Below are positions 30,816-39,985 of a stretch of DNA of 46,919 nucleotides, piece by piece. The notes below the pieces were generated by a model. The model was not told where the DNA came from and did no database searches. It was given only the letters and a program-made list of their open reading frames with translations. Position numbers and translations under genes: made by a program. Every line of letters begins with the position of its first letter. Positions within the stretch are counted from its first letter, which is position 1. Source of the stretch: Elusimicrobiota bacterium (GTDB lineage: Bacteria; Elusimicrobiota; Elusimicrobia; Elusimicrobiales; UBA9959); the NCBI GenBank assembly GCA_036574205.1, contig JAINCQ010000042.1:1-46919 (forward strand), read 5' to 3'.

Positions 30816-32450
30816 ATGCTTATAATCTTTTCCATTGTTTCTTTTAGTATTCTTTATATAGGATATCGTTTTTATTCTGATTTTATTGAAAAAAAATACG
30901 GGGTCAGTGAATCTGAGACTACTCCATCTATTGAGATAAATGATGGTTATGATTATGTTCCCACAAATAAATGGATTTTATTGGGACATCACTTTTCCTC
31001 AATAGCAGGCGCAGGTCCAATAGTTGGACCCATAATGGCAGCTTTATATTTTGGATGGGGACCGGCTGTGTTATGGATAATTCTTGGAACTATATTTATC
31101 GGCGGTGTTCATGATTTTTCATCTTTGATTATATCAATAAGACATAAAGGAAAATCAATAGCGGAAATAGCAAATCTTTATATTAATAAAAGGACATATA
31201 AGGTTTTTTTGATTTTTGTGTGGTTTGCTTTAATGTATGTTGTGGCTGTTTTTGCAGATATAACTGCTTCAACTTTTTCATCAAGTCCTGAGGTTTCACA
31301 GATTAGTGTGTTATATACATTTATTGCATTAATTTTTGGCTGGCTGAATTATAAGTATAAAATAAATAAGTTATGGCTTACCATTTTTTCGCTTTTAGTT
31401 ATACTTATTGGAATATATCTAAGTTTTAATTTTAAGTTTATATTTATAGATAAATCTTTATGGATATACGCTTTATTATTTTATGCATTTATAGCATCAG
31501 TATTACCAGTGTGGTTGTTACTTCAGCCAAGGGATTATCTTTCAAGCTACATTTTGTATTTTTCGGTTATTATTGGTATATTAGGGCTTTTTGGCGGAGG
31601 ATATAAAATTTCATACCCTTCTTTTTTATCAATTGATCCAAATCCAATCGGGTCTATCTTTCCATTTTTATTTGTAACTATTGCCTGTGGAGCAATATCC
31701 GGTTTTCATTCGCTTGTTGCCTCAGGAACTACATCAAAACAGATTGATTATATTAAAAATGCGAGGTTTATAGGGTATGGATCAATGGTTCTTGAAGCTG
31801 TTGTTGCGATAATAGCGCTTTCAACAGTTATGATTTTAAGCTTTGATAAAAGTGTTTTGTCACTTCAACCTGCTCAGGTTTATGCTATGGGAATTTCTAA
31901 TTTTTTATCTTTAGTTGGAGTAAATGAATCTATTGGTAAAGTCTTCGGTTTTTTAATAGTTTCAGGATTTGTTTTAACCACTCTTGATACCGCTACAAGA
32001 ATAGCAAGATATATATTTCAGGAGATAGTTGGCAGGCAGCTTGCTTCAATTGGCGTTAGAGTCCTGGCCACTATTATTTCTTTGATCATTCCATATCTTC
32101 TATTAAACCTTAAAATAAAAGGGTCTGATGGTGTTATAATCCCCTGCTGGAAGATAATATGGCCTATATTTGGAATAACAAATCAGCTTCTTGCAGCCCT
32201 TGTTCTTATAATTATCTACCTATGGGCGAAAAAAGAAAAGATAAAGAAAACTGTTTTTATACTATTGCCGGCTATATTTATGGTTGTAACCACGCTTTAT
32301 GCGCTTGTTTTAAAAATAGTTGAGTCTATTTCTTCCTCAAGTTATAATATTGTTTTTTATATAGCGATTATCCTTTTAGCACTTTCTATTTTTGTGATTT
32401 ATGAAACTGGAAAATCGCTTATAAATTTAGGAGTTAATGATGGTACATAA
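30816..32450 (+). CDS. cstA: Carbon starvation protein A family transporter
   Basis: GHHFSSIAGAGPIVGP, GGVHDF, LLQPRDY, IACGAISGFHSLV. Confidence 0.95.
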   Translation: MLIIFSIVSFSILYIGYRFYSDFIEKKYGVSESETTPSIEINDGYDYVPTNKWILLGHHFSSIAGAGPIVGPIMAALYFGWGPAVLWIILGTIFIGGVHDFSSLIISIRHKGKSIAEIANLYINKRTYKVFLIFVWFALMYVVAVFADITASTFSSSPEVSQISVLYTFIALIFGWLNYKYKINKLWLTIFSLLVILIGIYLSFNFKFIFIDKSLWIYALLFYAFIASVLPVWLLLQPRDYLSSYILYFSVIIGILGLFGGGYKISYPSFLSIDPNPIGSIFPFLFVTIACGAISGFHSLVASGTTSKQIDYIKNARFIGYGSMVLEAVVAIIALSTVMILSFDKSVLSLQPAQVYAMGISNFLSLVGVNESIGKVFGFLIVSGFVLTTLDTATRIARYIFQEIVGRQLASIGVRVLATIISLIIPYLLLNLKIKGSDGVIIPCWKIIWPIFGITNQLLAALVLIIIYLWAKKEKIKKTVFILLPAIFMVVTTLYALVLKIVESISSSSYNIVFYIAIILLALSIFVIYETGKSLINLGVNDGT

Positions 32451-33339
32451 TCACAGTTTTCATAATGAAAAAAATCGGAAAAGTAAAAGATTTTTTATAA
32501 TAATAATACTGAATCTTTTAATTTCTTTTGTGGAAATTGCAGCCGGGGTTATTTCAGGAAGTCTTGCTCTTATATCAGATGCCTTCCATAATTTTCAAGA
32601 CACTTTGTCCGTTGTTATAACATTTCTTGCCTGGAGGTTGTCTTTTAAAACTCCGACTGAAAGTAAGACATATGGCTATAAAAGAGCTGAAATAATAGCA
32701 GCTTTTGTTAATTCTATTTTTTTAATATCCTTATCTATTTTTATTATTGCAGAGGCTATCAAAAGATTTTATAAACCCCATGTGATAGACGATTTTCTTA
32801 TGATATCAATGGCTTTTTTTGCGTTTGTCGCAAATATAATCTCTGCGTTTATGCTTCATAAAGATTCTTTCCATAATATAAATTTTAAAAGCGCTTATCT
32901 TCATATGCTTGGTGACGCTTTCTTTTCGCTTATCGTTATTGTTGGCGCTTTTTCTATAGGCAGATGGAATATATACTGGATTGATCCGTTATTGTCTGTT
33001 GGGATGTCTTTTTTTATAATTTATCAATCATTGCCTATCCTGTTAAAATCTTTTAACATACTTATGCAATCAGCCCCCGCACTAAACTATGATAAAATTA
33101 AACAGGATATAGAGAAGGTAGCTGGAGTAAAGAACATTCATCATGTCCATTGCTGGCTTAACAATGAAGAGACTGTCTATTTTGAAGCTCATGTAGAGAT
33201 TGAAGATTGTATGGTTTCAAAATCCTGCGAAATTTCTTTTGAAGTAGAAAAAATACTTAAAGAAAAATACGGAATTTATCATACAACTCTGCAATTTGAA
33301 ACTGATAGATGTAAAAGAAAAGAGATGTTTTACATTTGA
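32437..33339 (+). CDS. Cation diffusion facilitator (Zn/Co/Cd efflux, CzcD-like)
   Basis: SLALISDAFHNFQD, TYGYKRAE, HMLGD, HHVHCW, HTTLQFE. Confidence 0.93.
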   Translation: MMVHNHSFHNEKNRKSKRFFIIIILNLLISFVEIAAGVISGSLALISDAFHNFQDTLSVVITFLAWRLSFKTPTESKTYGYKRAEIIAAFVNSIFLISLSIFIIAEAIKRFYKPHVIDDFLMISMAFFAFVANIISAFMLHKDSFHNINFKSAYLHMLGDAFFSLIVIVGAFSIGRWNIYWIDPLLSVGMSFFIIYQSLPILLKSFNILMQSAPALNYDKIKQDIEKVAGVKNIHHVHCWLNNEETVYFEAHVEIEDCMVSKSCEISFEVEKILKEKYGIYHTTLQFETDRCKRKEMFYI

Positions 33340-33587
33340 CCAAATGTTTTTTTAGCGCTTTCTATCTGAGCGTTTCTCATTGCTTTATTTGTATTTTCAA
33401 GTATTGATCTTTCAAGTTTTTCTCTGTTATCTAAGTTTTTTATAGTTATTGACTTTACCTCAAGGGTTCCTTTTACAGTTACACAGGAAAAGTCATCTTC
33501 CGATGAAAATTCTATATTTTCAAGTTCCTTTTTTATTTCTTCAGCTTTTTTCTTTAACTCCCATAATTCCTTCATTTTATCAAACAT
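33330..33587 (-). CDS. YbaB/EbfC-family nucleoid-associated protein
   Basis: MFDKMKELWELKKKAEEIKKEL...VTVKGTLEVKSITI pattern and size. Confidence 0.8.
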   Translation of the reverse strand: MFDKMKELWELKKKAEEIKKELENIEFSSEDDFSCVTVKGTLEVKSITIKNLDNREKLERSILENTNKAMRNAQIESAKKTFGQM

Positions 33588-33611
33588 ATCTCCTCCAACT
33601 TATAAGGTTTT

Positions 33612-35069
33612 TTAATTAGATTGAACAAGCCTGCTGTTTTTATAACCATAAGCAAAATATATAGAAAATCCAATTAAAAGCCATATGATAAATCTCATCC
33701 ATGTAATTTTATCAAGTCCTAAAAGAAGATATATGCAAAATATTATTCCAAGAATTGGGGTTATAATTCCAAAAGGGACTTTAAATGGTCTTTTTCTTTC
33801 TGGTTGTTTTATTCTAAGCACTATTACACCAATACACACCAGGATAAACGCAAAGAGAGTGCCTATATTGCATAAATTTGCCATCTCATCAATATTGCAA
33901 AATGCTGAAAGTAAGGCGACAAAAAAACCTGTCCATATTGTTGTAATATGAAGGGTTTTAAATTTAGGATGGACTTTTGCAAATGAATGAGGCAGTAGTC
34001 CATCTCTTGCCATCGAAAAAAATATTCTTGGTTGTCCCATCTGAAAGACAAGCAGAACTGCGGTATGGGCGACAACTGAGCCAAAAGAGACAATAACTAT
34101 AATCCATCTATTTGCGTTATTATAATCAAGTCCAGCTACAAGTGGCTCTGCAATTTTATTTTTTAATTCCATAAAGGGCATCATTCCAGTAAGAGCCACA
34201 GTAACAAGAATATAAATTATTGTGCATATAATAAGCGAGCCTATAATGCCTACTGGCATGTCTTTTTGAGGATTCCTTGTCTCTTCTGCCACTGTTGAGA
34301 CAGCATCAAAACCGATATATGCAAAAAATATTGTGGCAGCCCCTATTTGAATTCCTTTAAGACCTCCGGGGGCAAATGGTTTCCAGTTTTCTATATTGAA
34401 ATAATAAAATCCAACAGCGACAAAAATAGCTAAAACAAGAAGTTTTATACCTACCATTATAGCGTTGGTTGTTGAGCTTTCTTTTATTCCTATGACAAGT
34501 AATACTGTAAGCAGTAGCACAATTAAAACAGCTGGAAGGTTAAAGATTATTGGAATACCAAAGATATGTGGCACGGTAAGTATATCAAACCCTTTTTGTA
34601 TAAAAGTTCTATAATCAAGCCTTAACCATAAAGGTATATTAATTCCAAAAGCGCTGTTTAAAAAATCGTTAAAATATCCAGACCAGCTTATAGCGACCGC
34701 CACATTGCCTATAGCATATTCTATTATCAAATCCCATCCAATAATCCAGGCTATTAGTTCTCCCATTGTGGCATATGAATATGTGTATGCGCTTCCAGAA
34801 ACAGGTACCATTGCAGCAAGTTCCGCATAACACAAAGCGCAAAACCCGCAGGCTATAGCGGTGATTATGAATGATATTATCAAAGATGGTCCTGCTCCAC
34901 CTTTTACCGCGGCTTCTCCAACCATTGCAAAGATACCGGCGCCAATTATGGCGCCTATCCCTATCATTGTTACATCAAAAGAGCCTAAGACTTTCGCAAG
35001 TTTTTTACTTTCTTCTTGTGATTCAGATATAATATCATCTACAGCTTTAATTTTAAATAAATTTTTCAT
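33612..35069 (-). CDS. APC-superfamily (cationic) amino acid permease
   Basis: GIGAIIGAGIF, GSAYTY, FFAYIGFD, AEETRNPQ. Confidence 0.95.
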   Translation of the reverse strand: MKNLFKIKAVDDIISESQEESKKLAKVLGSFDVTMIGIGAIIGAGIFAMVGEAAVKGGAGPSLIISFIITAIACGFCALCYAELAAMVPVSGSAYTYSYATMGELIAWIIGWDLIIEYAIGNVAVAISWSGYFNDFLNSAFGINIPLWLRLDYRTFIQKGFDILTVPHIFGIPIIFNLPAVLIVLLLTVLLVIGIKESSTTNAIMVGIKLLVLAIFVAVGFYYFNIENWKPFAPGGLKGIQIGAATIFFAYIGFDAVSTVAEETRNPQKDMPVGIIGSLIICTIIYILVTVALTGMMPFMELKNKIAEPLVAGLDYNNANRWIIVIVSFGSVVAHTAVLLVFQMGQPRIFFSMARDGLLPHSFAKVHPKFKTLHITTIWTGFFVALLSAFCNIDEMANLCNIGTLFAFILVCIGVIVLRIKQPERKRPFKVPFGIITPILGIIFCIYLLLGLDKITWMRFIIWLLIGFSIYFAYGYKNSRLVQSN

Positions 35070-35180
35070 GATAAAAACATTATACCATAATTATTTTGCA
35101 AGATTTTAATTGAAAATATTATGGATAAACTAATATTTTAATATGGAGAAATACATATATATAATTTTAATCTAAAATCA

Positions 35181-35650
35181 TTATCCACAGTTTAACCACG
35201 ATCGTGTAAAATTAGTGGATGTTGGTTAGAAGGAAAACCCCCTCAACTGACCGCTCCGGTTAGTCCGGCGCTCACTTTCACTACGCTCAAACTGTCCCTT
35301 TCCTCCTTAAATTTATTTTCCTCTCCCTTGATGGGAGAGGATTAAGGTGAGGGTGAAATAATTAAATCTCCTCACCCTAACCCTCTCCAAGAAAGGAGAG
35401 GGGATATGTGTGGCAGGAAGATGGAGGCTCTTTAAAATAGAAAATGGCATAAATGAGTGTTAAAATCTCTTCCCCCTTGATGGGGGAAAGTAAGGATGAG
35501 GGTGAAAAATTAAATCCCCTTGCTGATACTTATATTTCCTCTCCCTTGATGGGAGAGGATTAAGGTGAGGGTGAAAAAAGGAGAGGGGGACATAGCAGTT
35601 AAACCTTCCCGGAAGGTAAATCGTGTGAAGTTAGTGGATGTTGTTTTAGA
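35181..35650 (-). repeat. Mosaic palindrome cluster, copy 4, bounded by motif D (left, full) and partial motif D (right)
   Basis: D at 35181-35223, E at ~35248-35269, units A, C, B, A, terminal ACCTTCCCGGAAGGT, then ATCGTGTGAAGTTAGTGGATG. Confidence 0.95.
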
Positions 35651-35721
35651 GTATAAATAAAATAAATTCTATCTTCAGAATTATGTTAATATAGTTTTTA
35701 CTACAACTTATAGTGAAAAAA

Positions 35722-37089
35722 TTATTTAATCTGGATACTTAAATAAAATGGTTCTCCGTCTCTAATTATATCAAATAGCGCACCATCTGAAAAATCAAGA
35801 TTTGATAAAATATTTACCATTTCCTGTTTACTTGTTATTTTTTTATTGTTAATTGAAACTATTATGTCACCTTCTTTTAAATATCCTTTTAATACTGAGT
35901 TTTGCGTTATTTTAGAGACTATTGCCCCTTTCTTTGTATATTTAAATTCAACTCCTGAAACCTCATATATGTCTTTTGATTTCTCGCTTTCCTTCGTTTC
36001 ATTATTATTTTCTTTTAATAAGTTTGAAAGTTCTTTTTCAGATGGTCTTTGAGCAAGTATAACCTCAGTTGTAAGTTTTTTCCCGTCTCTTATATAAGAA
36101 ATCCTTATTTTATCTCCCGGTTTTTTATAATATACTTTATAAGATAGGTCCTCATCATTTTCTATATCCTCATCGTCTATTGAAACTATTATATCTCCTC
36201 TTTTTAAATTTGCGTTATAAGCAGGCGAGTTTTTATAGACCATGTTTATTATCCCGCCTTTTGGAATATCCGCTGACATTATTCTTTTCATTATAATATC
36301 TGTTGGTAGAAGCGATATCCCAAGCCATCCTCTTGAAGCCGGTTTTTTGTATATTATTTCATCTACCACTTCTTTTACCTTCCAGCTTGGTATTGCAAAT
36401 CCAACTCCAGCAAAAGCACCGCTTGGTGAATATATCGCTGAGTTTATGCCTACAATCTCGCCATAGATATTTACAAGCGGACCGCCTGAGTTGCCTTGAT
36501 TTATAGCAGCATCCGTTTGTATTAAATCATTATATGCCTTTCCTTCAACTTTAAGACTAACATTTTTTGATGAGACTATACCCATTGTATAAGTTTGCTT
36601 AAATCCAAAAGGATATCCTATAGCAAGGACTATATCACCAATATTTACAGGTGTTTTAGAAAAGGTTAGATAATTGAATTTTTTTCCGCTTTTTATTTTT
36701 AAAATAGCTATATCAAGTTTTTTGTCACCTCCAGCATATGATGCTTTATATACTGTTTTCCTGTTATTTTCATAAGATTCAACTGATATCTCATCCGCTC
36801 CTTCTATCACATGATAATTTGTTACCACATATCCATCTTCGCTTATAATCACCCCTGAGCCTATTCCACCTATTTTATATTTATAGATTTTTTCTTCAGG
36901 TATTAAATATCCGAAAAAAAACTCTGGCTCTATTACACTTGCATATCCTTCTCTAAAAATTCTCACATTTACAACAGCATCTTTTGTCTTATTTACCATC
37001 TGGTTTATCTCTGATTGAAAAGAGGGAAGCGTTAAAGAAGATGAAGGTAGTGAGAATAAAACTATAATTTTAAAAATTAAGTTTATCAT
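35722..37089 (-). CDS. HtrA/DegP-family serine protease with two PDZ domains
   Basis: TNYHVI, DIAILK, QTDAAINQGNSGGPL; signal peptide. Confidence 0.95.
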   Translation of the reverse strand: MINLIFKIIVLFSLPSSSLTLPSFQSEINQMVNKTKDAVVNVRIFREGYASVIEPEFFFGYLIPEEKIYKYKIGGIGSGVIISEDGYVVTNYHVIEGADEISVESYENNRKTVYKASYAGGDKKLDIAILKIKSGKKFNYLTFSKTPVNIGDIVLAIGYPFGFKQTYTMGIVSSKNVSLKVEGKAYNDLIQTDAAINQGNSGGPLVNIYGEIVGINSAIYSPSGAFAGVGFAIPSWKVKEVVDEIIYKKPASRGWLGISLLPTDIIMKRIMSADIPKGGIINMVYKNSPAYNANLKRGDIIVSIDDEDIENDEDLSYKVYYKKPGDKIRISYIRDGKKLTTEVILAQRPSEKELSNLLKENNNETKESEKSKDIYEVSGVEFKYTKKGAIVSKITQNSVLKGYLKEGDIIVSINNKKITSKQEMVNILSNLDFSDGALFDIIRDGEPFYLSIQIK

Positions 37090-37120
37090 ATACTTCCTCC
37101 TAAATTATATTATAAAAAAC

Positions 37121-37150
37121 TTGACATAGTTTTTAAAAATATTATAAAAT
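37121..37150 (+). promoter_or_regulatory. Sigma70-type promoter
   Basis: TTGACA 37121-37126 with TATAAA/TAAAAT at 16-18 nt spacing. Confidence 0.6.
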
Positions 37151-37155
37151 AAATT

Positions 37156-37300
37156 GTAGGCTACTTTTTAAGCTTACAAGTTTTGCAGATATTCCAAAAA
37201 ACACAAACTATCTGCAAAACGATGTCCTGCCGCTGGCGGCAGGCGCGCGTAAAGCCATCCCACCGTATAGGGCTTACGCACAAAGCAGGTAGCGGGCTAT
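37156..37300 (+). ncRNA. Candidate structured 5' leader or sRNA (four consecutive hairpins)
   Basis: TGTAGGCT/AGCTTACA, TTTTGCAGATA/TATCTGCAAAA, CCTGCCGC/GCGGCAGG, GCGTAAAGCC/GGCTTACGC; locally GC-rich. Confidence 0.4.
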
Positions 37301-37323
37301 TTAAAATTATAAGAGGAGAAGTT

Positions 37324-37995
37324 ATGAAAAAAATGATTATATCGTTAATATCATTATCAATAGGAATATCAGCTACTGCTTTTGATCTAAAAGATTATAA
37401 TTTTGATTATGATATCACTTCTTTACAGTTGGACCTTGAAGTTCCAAAGGTAGTTATGGAATTGCCTGCAGCAAAAAATGCTTCTGAGGTTGTTGACCAT
37501 TTTAAATATTTTCCAATATTTAAGAAAATAAGATATGAATATGAATATGAATCAACCGATTTTACAGGTAAAAAGAAAATTATTGTAGAATTTAATGGTT
37601 ATTCTGAGAAGGATTCAGTTACAACTGCAATCGTTACATACTATAATAAAAAAGATATAAAAACTATTGAGTTTCCAATAAGACTTCTTGAAAAAGGTAT
37701 TTATTCAAGGGATATTATACTTGGGATTGAAAGATTTGAAATCCCTATTCCACTTTTCAAAGATAAAAGATGGAGTGAAAATGGAAATGAAAATAGGGTA
37801 ATAGGGTTTTCCTCCAGGGTTCAAACTTCAAACAATGTTTATGAAAACTGTCTTAAGATATTGACTCATCTTAAAAGTTCTGAGTTCAACAAGATAGAAA
37901 GGTATTATGCGCCTGGTATAGGGCTTGTAAAAGAAGTTATTAAATCAGAGGATAAAACAGATATAATTACACTTGTTAACTTTTTAGAAAAATAA
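37324..37995 (+). CDS. Exported hypothetical protein
   Basis: GAGGAG RBS, signal peptide MKKMIISLISLSIGISATA, C-terminal YYAPGIGLVKE motif. Confidence 0.8.
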   Translation: MKKMIISLISLSIGISATAFDLKDYNFDYDITSLQLDLEVPKVVMELPAAKNASEVVDHFKYFPIFKKIRYEYEYESTDFTGKKKIIVEFNGYSEKDSVTTAIVTYYNKKDIKTIEFPIRLLEKGIYSRDIILGIERFEIPIPLFKDKRWSENGNENRVIGFSSRVQTSNNVYENCLKILTHLKSSEFNKIERYYAPGIGLVKEVIKSEDKTDIITLVNFLEK

Positions 37996-38020
37996 TCTTA
38001 GTTTTAAAAAATAAACAAAT

Positions 38021-38058
38021 AAAAAGCCGCCTAACTTGAAAATGGCGGCTTTGATTTT
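38021..38058. terminator. Intrinsic (possibly bidirectional) terminator
   Basis: AAAGCCGCC-12 nt-GGCGGCTTT with flanking A and T runs, just after the 37995 stop. Confidence 0.7.
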
Positions 38059-38113
38059 GTTAGCAGGCATTTTAGATTTAAAATTTGATAAAATTAATTT
38101 TAAAGGAGTGTTT

Positions 38114-38491
38114 ATGCATGAATGGGCTTTAGCTGAGTCTGTGATATTGAGTATTGAGGAGAATTCTTTAAAGAATAAAAAAATTAGAATTATTGTTGGG
38201 GAACTTCAATCTATAGATAGAGAGATTTTTAAGTTTGCCATAGATGAAATTCTAAAACAAAAAAAATATAATCTGGATTACAAAATAAAGGTTGAGAAAG
38301 CTGGTTTTAAGTGTAATAACTGCGGCAATAAATTTTCGATTTCCGAGGTTTTAAAAAAAACTGATGATGAAAGGGAAAATATTCATTTTGTGCCTGAGAT
38401 GGTTAAAGCTTTTGTTAAATGCCCGAAATGCAAGAGCGTAGATTTTGAAATAATTAAAGGAAGGGGAGTTTCTTTATCTTATGAAAAATGA
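38114..38491 (+). CDS. hypA: Hydrogenase nickel metallochaperone HypA
   Basis: MHEWALAE start after AAGGAG; CNNC and CPKC zinc motifs. Confidence 0.93.
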   Translation: MHEWALAESVILSIEENSLKNKKIRIIVGELQSIDREIFKFAIDEILKQKKYNLDYKIKVEKAGFKCNNCGNKFSISEVLKKTDDERENIHFVPEMVKAFVKCPKCKSVDFEIIKGRGVSLSYEK

Positions 38492-39206
38492 ATTAGTTAT
38501 AGATCCAAGACAATCTGTTTTTAATGAAAGATTGAAAAAAGTGAAAAAAATTATTCTCGTTACTGGCTTTAAAGGAGGGATTGGAAAAAGCGTAATTTCA
38601 AGCGGGTTTGCCCTTTCATTTGCTAAAAAAGGATATAAAGTTGGTCTTTTAGATCTTGATATTACTTCTTCTACTGACCATATTATACTTGGGGTTAGAG
38701 AAAAAACATATCCTGCTGAAGATAAAGGCATACTTCCACCAGTTATACAAGGAATAAAATTTATGAGCTTTTCTTTTTTTAGTAAATCAAAGGGTGTAGT
38801 TTTAAGAGGTAATTCACTAATAGATGCTATCAGAGAGATATTTTGTGTAACTATATGGGGAGAACTTGATATATTAATTATAGATATGCCTGCTGGTTTT
38901 TCAGATATAGCGCTTGAAATATTGAGAATTATAAAAAGGTTCAACGTCATTGCGGTTTCCACACCCTCTCCGCTTTCAAAGGAAGTTCTAAAAAGAATGC
39001 TTGATATTTATAAAAATCAAAAAATACCTATATTTCACATTGAAAATATGGCTAAATCTAATTCACCTAATAAAAACAGAATATTTTTTGATAAAGATCT
39101 TGATGCTGCAATTGGATCAAGAACTATGCTGACAAAGACTAATTTCTTTAAAGATATAGAAAAACTTACAGAAACTTTAATATCTTTCTTGAGGTTGAAA
39201 AAATGA
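38481..39206 (+). CDS. Mrp/MinD-family P-loop ATPase, probably ATPase-type HypB partner of HypA
   Basis: IDPR...ERLKKVKKIILVTGFKGGIGKS, LLDLD, WGELDILIIDMPAG; overlaps hypA. Confidence 0.8.
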   Translation: MKNELVIDPRQSVFNERLKKVKKIILVTGFKGGIGKSVISSGFALSFAKKGYKVGLLDLDITSSTDHIILGVREKTYPAEDKGILPPVIQGIKFMSFSFFSKSKGVVLRGNSLIDAIREIFCVTIWGELDILIIDMPAGFSDIALEILRIIKRFNVIAVSTPSPLSKEVLKRMLDIYKNQKIPIFHIENMAKSNSPNKNRIFFDKDLDAAIGSRTMLTKTNFFKDIEKLTETLISFLRLKK

Positions 39207-39985
39207 AAAAAAAATTAATATTTATTGTTAGTTTGTTGTTTAATTGCTATCTTTATTCTCAAAAAGTTGTTTCTCTTTTACCTTCTTACACTGAGATAAT
39301 ATTTGCGTTAAATGCCGGCGATAAACTTGTAGGGGTAACTAACTTTTGCAATTATCCTCCAGAAGCTCAAAGCATAGAAAAAGTTGGAGATTATATAAAT
39401 CCGAATATAGAAAAAATTTATAAATTAAAACCTGAGATAATTTTTATTGGGGGATGGAAAAATGATTTTATTAAAAAAATAAAGGAATTAAACGCGCAAA
39501 TTGTTGTATTGAATGAAGAAAAAAATATTGATGATATATACAAAACAATAAAAACGATAGCAAAATATCTGAATAAAGAAGAAGAAGGGGTAAAGTTAGT
39601 ATCATGGATGAAAAAAGAAATTAAAAATTTTAATAAATCTTATAAAAAAGTTTATGTGGAAATTGATAATGGTGGATGGAGTTGTGGAAGTGATAGTTTT
39701 ATAAGCGATGTCATTTCAAAATCAGGGGGGATAAATATATTTAATAATGTCAAAAAATCGTATTTTAAGTCCAATTGGGAAGAGGTTGTTAAAAGAGATC
39801 CTCAGGTTGTTATGCTTCTGAATACAGATTATGATGAGTTTTTAAAAAGGCCTATGATTAAAAATATTAGAGCATCTAAAGAAAATAAGATTTTTAAACT
39901 AAACAATGAGGAAAGAGATATTCTTTCAAGACCTTCTCCAAGAATAGTTACAATTATAAAAAGGCTCAATGAGATGATAAAGTGA
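39203..39985 (+). CDS. Helical-backbone metal/cobalamin ABC substrate-binding protein (BtuF-like)
   Basis: VVSLLPSYTEIIFAL, VGVTNFCNYP, PNIEKI, RPSPRI. Confidence 0.88.
   Translation: MKKKLIFIVSLLFNCYLYSQKVVSLLPSYTEIIFALNAGDKLVGVTNFCNYPPEAQSIEKVGDYINPNIEKIYKLKPEIIFIGGWKNDFIKKIKELNAQIVVLNEEKNIDDIYKTIKTIAKYLNKEEEGVKLVSWMKKEIKNFNKSYKKVYVEIDNGGWSCGSDSFISDVISKSGGINIFNNVKKSYFKSNWEEVVKRDPQVVMLLNTDYDEFLKRPMIKNIRASKENKIFKLNNEERDILSRPSPRIVTIIKRLNEMIK

Noticed and set aside
37183..37323. N-terminal extension of the 37183 ORF
   Set aside because: TTG start without an RBS through a structured GC-rich leader; the RBS and signal peptide point to 37324.
38474..38962. Antisense ORFs in the track (e.g. 38474..38962, 44144..44677, 17478..17789, 20647..20967, 42811..43365)
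   Set aside because: They lie opposite well-supported genes and show no recognisable motifs.
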